From Candidatus Paracaedimonas acanthamoebae (GTDB lineage Bacteria > Pseudomonadota > Alphaproteobacteria > Caedimonadales > Caedimonadaceae), in the NCBI GenBank assembly GCA_000743035.1, contig CP008936.1:240001-272000 (forward strand): 32,000 nt of DNA, in the 5' to 3' direction. A program made the position numbers and the translations under genes. The notes beneath the pieces are model-generated. The model was not told the DNA's origin and ran no database searches. It was given only the letters and a program-made list of their open reading frames with translations. This document shows, piece after piece, positions 26,647 through 32,000 of the stretch. The number at the start of each line of letters is the position of its first letter. Position 1 is the first letter of the stretch.

Positions 26647-28590
26647 ATGAAGAGAAAACCACCATCTTATGCGACTTTAAGAGTCGATCCAGGAGATCGT
26701 CCTTATCATGCCACAAAAAATGATAAGCCTGCTTCTTCAAAATTGAGAAAGTCTTCAAAAAACAAAGTCTCAAAAGGTGGAAAGTCAAAATTAGTTGCTT
26801 GGTTTTTATCTATACTTATTTGGGGAGTCGTGTTAGGAGGATGTGCTTTAATCTGGTTTGCTTATGATTTACCTGATATTAAACGCCTTGAGTTAACAAC
26901 ACGTGAGCCTAGTGTCACACTTTTAGCTCGAGATGGCACAACAATTGCAACCTATGGGGATCTTTATGGATCTTTTGTCCATGTGAAAGATCTACCTAAA
27001 TATGTTCCTCAAGCGATTTTAGCAACGGAAGATCGTCGCTTTTATGAGCATTTTGGTGTTGATGTTCTGGGTATTTTGCGGGCCGCATGGATAAATTTTC
27101 GAGCAAGATCTGTTGTTCAAGGTGGGAGCACTATTACACAACAGTTGGCGAAGAATTTTCTTCTTTCTGAAAAGCTTTATGAACCAAACGATCGCTCTTT
27201 TCGACGCAAAGTCCAAGAAGTCTTGCTTGCTTTATGGCTTGAAGCTCATCTTAAGAAAGATCATATCCTTTCTATTTATTTGAATCGCGTTTACTTAGGT
27301 GCTGGCGTTTATGGTATCAATGCAGCAGCGTGGCGCTATTTCGGAGAATCAGCTAAAGAGCTTTCTGTATATCAAGCAGCCATTATTGCTGGTCTGCTGA
27401 AAGCGCCTTCAAGGTATTCACCTATCAGCAATCCTGAACTTGCTCATTCACGGGCCCGCGTTGTGCTCGCTGCGATGGTTGATGCAGGGTATCTTAGAGC
27501 GGAAGATGTTCAGCAATATCAAACCTTACCTGAGCATCTTGTAAAAACAAAAAGTGAAGCTTTAGTGGGCCGTTATTTTGCAGACTGGGTTTTTGAGACC
27601 TTAGATGAGTATATTGGGAAGCCCTCAGAAGATATTGTGGTCAAAACAACTCTCGATCCTCGATTACAAAAACTGGCTGAGGAGAGTGTTTCGGAAGTTC
27701 TTACGACAGATGGGCCTAAGTTCGATGCGAGCCAAGCCTCATTAGTTTCTATGACGCCCGATGGAGGGGTGCGAGCCATAGTTGGAGGAAGTAACTATGC
27801 GCAAAGCCAATTTAATCGAGCGACTCAAGCAAAAAGGCAGACGGGATCTTCATTCAAGTTTTTTGTTTTTTTATCAGCGCTTGAGCATGAATACACACTA
27901 GAGACGATGGTAAGTGATGTTCCCATGCAGATTGGGAACTGGAAACCGAAGAATTATGCATGGCAAAGTCGAGGCGAACTTACTCTAAAAGACGGCTTTG
28001 CTTACTCGGTAAACGCCATGCCAGTTCGTCTAGCTTATCGTCTTGGGTTACCCACGATAACGAAAATGGCGCGTCGATTAGGGCTAACAAGTCCGATGCC
28101 AAAAGATTTGACGATTGTCCTTGGTTCAGGAGAAGCAACATTGCTTGAATTGTCTGCTGCCTATGCGACCATTGCAAATCATGGTTTTGGTGTTTGGCCT
28201 TATGGCATTATTGAAGTGAGAAATGGGCAAGGGGAGCTGCTTTATAAAAGAAAAAGTCAAGGAGCAGGTAGAATTTTACAGCCACAAACTGTTAGAGATG
28301 GGCTTAAGCTCATGGAAGCTGCTTTCTCTTATGGAACAGGAAAGAATGCTCACATAGGGCGTCCTTGTGCAGGCAAGACAGGGACAAGCCAAAAATATCG
28401 TGATGCTTGGGCTGTAGGGTTTACACCTGATCTGGTGACGGGAGTGTGGATGGGAAATGATGATAATAAATCAATGAAAAAAGTCACGGGTGGTCGATTG
28501 CCTGCAAAAATTTGGAAGCTTTTCATGTCAAAAGCGCATGAAGGTTATCCCGTGCATTATTTTCCAGATGGAGAAGGGGCAACAAACTAA
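26647..28590 (+). CDS. Class A penicillin-binding protein (glycosyltransferase + transpeptidase, PBP1A family)
   Basis: Basic N-terminal tail plus one TM. GT51 motifs ATEDRRFYEHFGVD, GGSTITQQLAKN and RKVQEVLLALWLE. Transpeptidase motifs SSFK, SVN and KTGTS. Confidence 0.9.
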   Translation: MKRKPPSYATLRVDPGDRPYHATKNDKPASSKLRKSSKNKVSKGGKSKLVAWFLSILIWGVVLGGCALIWFAYDLPDIKRLELTTREPSVTLLARDGTTIATYGDLYGSFVHVKDLPKYVPQAILATEDRRFYEHFGVDVLGILRAAWINFRARSVVQGGSTITQQLAKNFLLSEKLYEPNDRSFRRKVQEVLLALWLEAHLKKDHILSIYLNRVYLGAGVYGINAAAWRYFGESAKELSVYQAAIIAGLLKAPSRYSPISNPELAHSRARVVLAAMVDAGYLRAEDVQQYQTLPEHLVKTKSEALVGRYFADWVFETLDEYIGKPSEDIVVKTTLDPRLQKLAEESVSEVLTTDGPKFDASQASLVSMTPDGGVRAIVGGSNYAQSQFNRATQAKRQTGSSFKFFVFLSALEHEYTLETMVSDVPMQIGNWKPKNYAWQSRGELTLKDGFAYSVNAMPVRLAYRLGLPTITKMARRLGLTSPMPKDLTIVLGSGEATLLELSAAYATIANHGFGVWPYGIIEVRNGQGELLYKRKSQGAGRILQPQTVRDGLKLMEAAFSYGTGKNAHIGRPCAGKTGTSQKYRDAWAVGFTPDLVTGVWMGNDDNKSMKKVTGGRLPAKIWKLFMSKAHEGYPVHYFPDGEGATN

Positions 28591-28628
28591 TTTTGTTGTA
28601 ATTTTTTTTAATATTAACAAAATTGCGC

Positions 28629-28657
28629 TTGACAACGATCATGCAATGTTACATAAT
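28629..28657 (+). promoter_or_regulatory. Candidate sigma70-type promoter of the UmuD/LexA-like gene
   Basis: TTGACA (28629-28634), 17 nt, CATAAT (28652-28657). AGGAGAGGAG RBS at 28661-28670, ATG at 28679. Confidence 0.45.
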
Positions 28658-28678
28658 TCAAGGAGAGGAGTAAAGAAA

Positions 28679-29278
28679 ATGACTGATAAAAAAAATACAC
28701 ATGGAGGCGCAAGGAAAGGCGCAGGACGTAAAATGGGATCTGGACGATTCGGTGAACCGACACAAGTCATGCGAATTCCAGTAAGCAAAATTGGAGAAAT
28801 CAAAGACATGCTATTGAAATTTCCTAAAAAACTAAAACCTGAGCCTGGTGGAACTAAAGCCAGTATGGTATGGAATGCTTTGGCGTCTCGCTCGCAGCCA
28901 TTAACATTATTTAATACGCGTGTGGCAGCAGGTGCACCATCTCCCGCAGAAGATTTTAGTGATGGTCAATTAGATCTTAATGACCATCTTTTAAAAAATC
29001 CTCAAAGTACGTTTTTCGTTCGCGTCAGTGGTGATTCTATGATCAATGCCGGTATTCATCCTGAAGATTTGCTTATTGTTGATCGGTCAATACGGCCAGC
29101 TCAAGGGCGTGTTGTAATCGCAGTTGTTAATGGTGAACTTACGGTAAAACGCCTTTTTAAAGAGAACAATAAAGTATTTTTGATGCCTGAGAATCCTAAC
29201 TATCCGGCTCTTGAGATTACAGAGGAAATGGATTTTATGATTTGGGGCGTTGTAACAAATGTTATTCACACAGTTTAA
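28679..29278 (+). CDS. S24 peptidase, UmuD/LexA-like self-cleaving protein with a basic Gly-rich N-terminal extension (199 aa)
   Basis: The C-terminal ~135 aa are collinear with UmuD as I recall it. RVAAGAPSPAEDF matches QCGFPSPAADY (Ala-Gly at the cleavage position), SGDSM carries the Ser nucleophile and TVKRL the Lys. The N-terminus MTDKKNTHGGARKGAGRKMGSGRFGEPTQVMRIPV is extra. The track start at 28490 overlaps the PBP gene and is rejected. Confidence 0.8.
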   Translation: MTDKKNTHGGARKGAGRKMGSGRFGEPTQVMRIPVSKIGEIKDMLLKFPKKLKPEPGGTKASMVWNALASRSQPLTLFNTRVAAGAPSPAEDFSDGQLDLNDHLLKNPQSTFFVRVSGDSMINAGIHPEDLLIVDRSIRPAQGRVVIAVVNGELTVKRLFKENNKVFLMPENPNYPALEITEEMDFMIWGVVTNVIHTV

Positions 29279-29379
29279 TACGGCGAAAGACAAAAACACA
29301 GTGATACATGTGATGAGTGAATTCTTTCTTAAAAAAAATCTAAACTTATTGCTTCAACAATAAAAATGATCTTATTTCA

Positions 29380-29416
29380 GCATGGATCTTCGGGCCTACG
29401 GGCCTGAGATCTCCTT
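29380..29416 (-). repeat. Diverged dispersed copy of palindromic module A
   Basis: gcatggatcttcgggcctacgggcctgagatctcc aligns with the inverted copies gtcatccttggccctgtgccgaggatctcaagc. Confidence 0.5.
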
Positions 29417-29418
29417 TA

Positions 29419-29475
29419 TTTTTTCCAGCCTCCTTAAAAATCACATATTTAGATTTTTAAGGAGGCTGGAAAAAA
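29419..29475. repeat. Perfect 24-bp inverted repeat with a 9-nt spacer
   Basis: TTTTTTCCAGCCTCCTTAAAAATC acatattta GATTTTTAAGGAGGCTGGAAAAAA. The arms contain CCTCCTTA and TAAGGAGG. Confidence 0.85.
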
Positions 29476-29568
29476 TAGCAGGAAACTAGTATTGAGAAAG
29501 GTGATAAGAAAGGAACTAAATTTAAAGAATTTAATTCCATTCTTTAGGGAGTCTGGTATAACACCTTC

Positions 29569-29811
29569 ATGCTAAACTCATTAATAATAACATTTTTGTT
29601 AGGTTTAATAAAATTTTATAGGCTTGGGATTTCGCCTTTCATGCCAAGTCGATGCCGTTTTATACCAAGTTGTTCCGAATATGCCTATCTTGCATTACAA
29701 GAATATGGCATTTTACAGGGGATAAAATTAACGGTAAAACGTCTTTTGCGCTGTCATCCCTGGGGGGTTGCTGGCTTAGACCCACTTCCACAAAAAAGGC
29801 TAAAGGAGTAA
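29569..29811 (+). CDS. yidD: Membrane protein insertion efficiency factor YidD
   Basis: FYRLGISPFMPSRCRFIPSCSEYAYLALQEYGILQGIKLTVKRLLRCHPWG is the canonical YidD sequence. 80 aa. Confidence 0.9.
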   Translation: MLNSLIITFLLGLIKFYRLGISPFMPSRCRFIPSCSEYAYLALQEYGILQGIKLTVKRLLRCHPWGVAGLDPLPQKRLKE

Positions 29812-29813
29812 AA

Positions 29814-31523
29814 ATGGACAACGAAGATAAACGTAATCTTTATCTCATGGTAATTGTCACAACGATTGTGCTATTTGGATGGAGTTATTTTTTTGAAAAG
29901 CCTCGCCAAGCCGAACGCCAGCAAATGCAAACAACAAGTGGGGGACTACAGACGAACATTCCTCACATCGAACCTGCTAAGCCCTTAGAACGCGAAGAAG
30001 CTCTTAAGCAAGGTCAACGTATTTTAATTGAGACACCAACTTTAAAAGGATCTCTTAATCTTCAAGGACTTAAACTTGATGATGTGATCTTAAAAAATTA
30101 TCGTGAGACACCGGATAATAAAAGCCCTCAAATTTCATTATTTAACCCTTTGGGATCAAAAACTGCTTATTATGGAGAATTTGGGTGGGTGAGCGATAAA
30201 AAAACAATAAAACTGCCCGATGCAGATACTGTATGGACGCCTGAACAAACTCTTTTGACGCCTACGCAGCCTGTTAAACTTCATTGGGATAATGGGGAAG
30301 GTCTCCGGTTTGAAGTAGACATTACTGTTGATGAAAATTATCTTTTCTCGGTGACACAGCGTGTGCTTAATCAAATGAAAGAACCCATTGCTATTCAGCC
30401 TTATGGTCTTATTTCACGCCATGGTATGCCTCAAACATCAGGTTTTATGATTCTTCATGAGGGACCTCTTGGGTACCTGAATAACAAGCTTCAAGAGATT
30501 GATTATAAAGATTTAGCAAAAGGTGATCAAAGCCAAATAAGTCAAGGTGGTTGGCTTGGTTTTACAGACAAGTATTGGCTGGCAGCTTTTATTCCAGATC
30601 AAGCTCAAGAAGTTAAAGCCAGTTTCCGACAGGTGGGACAAGTTGCACAGGAGCGCTATCAAGTTGACTTTTTGATGACAACTCCCGTGCTTCAGCCAGG
30701 GGCCGTTCAAGAGACGAAGAGTTCTTTATTTGTTGGTGCCAAAATTTTAGATTTATTGGATAACTACGAAAATACTTTGAATGTGAAGCATTTTGATCTT
30801 GCTGTTGATTTCGGGTGGTTTTATTTTTTAACGAAACCTATTTTCCATATCTTAACATTCGCGCATCAATGGTTAGGAAATTTTGGCCTCGCCATCATGC
30901 TTTTAACCGTCTTGTTGAAGTTATTGATGTTTCCTTTGGCCAATAAATCTTATCGTTCTATGGCGCAAATGAAGAGATTGACGCCACAAATTACGCGTCT
31001 TCGTGAGAGATATGGCGATGATAAGTTGCGCGTGAATCAAGAAATGATGGCTCTTTATAAAAAGGAAAAAATAAACCCTATGGCAGGTTGTTTGCCAATG
31101 ATTGTGCAAATTCCAGTCTTTTTTGCTCTCTATAAAGTTTTATTCGTAAGTATAGAGATGCGGCAAGCCCCTTTTTATGGCTGGATTCATGATCTTTCTG
31201 CTCCTGATCCCACAAGTCTTTTTAATCTTTTTGGGTTGCTTCCTTGGTCGCCTCCAAGTTACTTGATGATAGGTATATGGCCATTGTTGATGGGGCTTTC
31301 TATGTTTGTTCAACAAAAGTTAAATCCACCTCCATCTGATCCTGCTCAAGCAAAAGTATTTATGATCATGCCTGTGATGTTTACTTTTATGCTTGCTCAA
31401 TTCCCCGCTGGTTTAGTGATTTATTGGACATGGAGCAATCTACTAACAATTTTACAACAATGGGCCATGATGACTTTGCATGATAAAGATGAGAAGAAGA
31501 AAGTTCTCACGAAAAAGAAGTAA
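29814..31523 (+). CDS. yidC: Membrane protein insertase YidC
   Basis: The ATG at 29814 follows AAGGAG (29803-29808) and the yidD stop. MDNEDKRNLYLMVIVTTIVLFGWSYFF forms TM1, followed by the periplasmic domain and the conserved core (MAQMKRLTPQITRLRERYGDDK, NPMAGCLPMIVQIPVFFALY, GLVIYWTWSN). The track's 54-codon extension overlaps yidD out of frame. Confidence 0.95.
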   Translation: MDNEDKRNLYLMVIVTTIVLFGWSYFFEKPRQAERQQMQTTSGGLQTNIPHIEPAKPLEREEALKQGQRILIETPTLKGSLNLQGLKLDDVILKNYRETPDNKSPQISLFNPLGSKTAYYGEFGWVSDKKTIKLPDADTVWTPEQTLLTPTQPVKLHWDNGEGLRFEVDITVDENYLFSVTQRVLNQMKEPIAIQPYGLISRHGMPQTSGFMILHEGPLGYLNNKLQEIDYKDLAKGDQSQISQGGWLGFTDKYWLAAFIPDQAQEVKASFRQVGQVAQERYQVDFLMTTPVLQPGAVQETKSSLFVGAKILDLLDNYENTLNVKHFDLAVDFGWFYFLTKPIFHILTFAHQWLGNFGLAIMLLTVLLKLLMFPLANKSYRSMAQMKRLTPQITRLRERYGDDKLRVNQEMMALYKKEKINPMAGCLPMIVQIPVFFALYKVLFVSIEMRQAPFYGWIHDLSAPDPTSLFNLFGLLPWSPPSYLMIGIWPLLMGLSMFVQQKLNPPPSDPAQAKVFMIMPVMFTFMLAQFPAGLVIYWTWSNLLTILQQWAMMTLHDKDEKKKVLTKKK

Positions 31524-31535
31524 GAGTGCGCTTTA

Positions 31536-32000
31536 ATGAAGGAAAATCCGGAAAAAGATATAAAATTTCTCACTAAGCTATTTGGTGCAGAAGTACAATT
31601 TATGCGAGGAGTTAGTCGGCTGGAAGATTTACCCTCGCTTTCTTTACCTGAAATTGCTTTTGCAGGTCGTTCGAATGTTGGAAAATCAAGCTTAATTAAT
31701 GCCACTCTTGGGCGCCGGGATGTTGCAAGGACATCGAATACCCCTGGTCGTACGCAAGAGATTAATTTTTTTAATTTGTCAAAGTCTCTCATTTTGGTTG
31801 ATCTCCCTGGCTACGGGTATGCTCGTGAGAGTAAAAGTAAGATTAAAGCCTGGAATGAATTAATACGCCTTTATTTAAGAGGGCGTGCAAGCTTGAAGCG
31901 CGTGTTTGTGCTTGTTGACAGCCGCCATGGACTTAAAGAAAATGATCGAGAGATAATGGAAATGCTTGATGAAGCTGCTGTCTCTTACCAACTAATTTTA
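31536..32000 (+). CDS. engB: Ribosome biogenesis GTPase EngB/YihA (3' end outside the window)
   Basis: Open from ATG 31536 to the window end, so absent from the track. [20 protein letters not shown]-type G1, TPGRTQ G2 and DLPGYGYA G3. [33 protein letters not shown]... Confidence 0.9.
   Translation, partial: MKENPEKDIKFLTKLFGAEVQFMRGVSRLEDLPSLSLPEIAFAGRSNVGKSSLINATLGRRDVARTSNTPGRTQEINFFNLSKSLILVDLPGYGYARESKSKIKAWNELIRLYLRGRASLKRVFVLVDSRHGLKENDREIMEMLDEAAVSYQLIL

Noticed and set aside
26576-26788. 70-aa minus-strand ORF across the PBP start region (plus 27019, 27573, 27960 and 27980 inside the PBP gene)
   Set aside because: They overlap the PBP gene, whose GT51 and transpeptidase motifs fix the frame.
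28490-28678. 63-codon upstream extension of the S24 peptidase ORF
   Set aside because: It would overlap the PBP 3' end by 100 nt and run through the promoter-like TTGACA-17-CATAAT and the RBS. The ATG at 28679 has AGGAGAGGAG 8 nt upstream.
29087-29299. 70-aa ORF antisense to the S24 peptidase gene
   Set aside because: It is antisense to a gene with clear UmuD-like motifs.
29419-29475. 24-bp inverted repeat as an ordinary rho-independent terminator
   Set aside because: The T-run precedes and the A-run follows the stem in both orientations, so neither transcript would carry the 3' U-tract. It is kept as an unexplained structure instead.
29652-29813. 54-codon N-terminal extension of yidC (and ORFs 30156, 30513 and 30921 antisense to yidC)
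   Set aside because: The extension overlaps yidD out of frame. YidC homology and TM1 begin at ATG 29814, which directly follows AAGGAG and the yidD stop.
31421-31792. 123-aa minus-strand track ORF
   Set aside because: It is antisense to the yidC 3' end and to engB, whose G1-G3 GTPase motifs define the + strand frame.
1-32000. tRNA, rRNA, tmRNA or transposase/integrase genes
   Set aside because: Reading by eye I found no T-loop-type GGTTCGAATCC/GTTCAAATC motifs or rRNA-like conserved blocks, and none of the ORFs resembles a transposase or integrase. A tRNAscan/Infernal run would be needed to be certain.

Overview
AT-rich window (by eye about 35-40% GC, not computed) that reads as core chromosome of an alphaproteobacterium, probably host-associated or intracellular. 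This rests on an alphaproteobacterial-type RecA N-terminus, a yidD-yidC-engB block, long AT-rich spacers and several decayed small genes. I can support about 25 protein genes. Recognised genes: rpmG (missed by the ORF track), hpf, ettA, lipB, recA, alaS, yidD, yidC and engB (partial at the window end). Family-level calls: a solute-binding-protein/TRIC-channel fusion, an ABC exporter, a DUF45/YgjP-type metallopeptidase, a POT peptide transporter, an MHS-type MFS transporter, a LysR regulator, a 2TM-domain protein, a YciI-like protein, a beta-carbonic anhydrase, a class A PBP and a UmuD/LexA-like S24 peptidase. There is also a tentative PepA-like 5' end, three orphan secreted proteins and some small or decayed ORFs. 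I recognised no rRNA, tRNA, CRISPR array, transposase or integrase, and no multi-gene defence-type or mobile system. The leads are single genes and non-coding structure: (1) the SBP-TRIC fusion at 1286-2821, which has the logic of a ligand-gated channel; (2) a ~1 kb GC-rich island at 2861-3870 made of nested palindromic repeat modules in both orientations, with compensatory changes in the stems and dispersed copies at ~29380 and possibly ~17085; (3) a UmuD-like S24 peptidase with a basic glycine-rich N-terminal extension and no umuC next to it, alongside a recA with no canonical SOS box; (4) a 671-aa secreted protein with 102-bp tandem repeats and an unrecognised C-terminal domain; (5) a small secreted Cys-rich gene interrupted by one in-frame TGA, plus two other disrupted small genes; (6) a perfect 24-bp inverted repeat carrying SD and anti-SD sequences upstream of yidD. 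All product calls come from motif recognition by eye; no searches were run.
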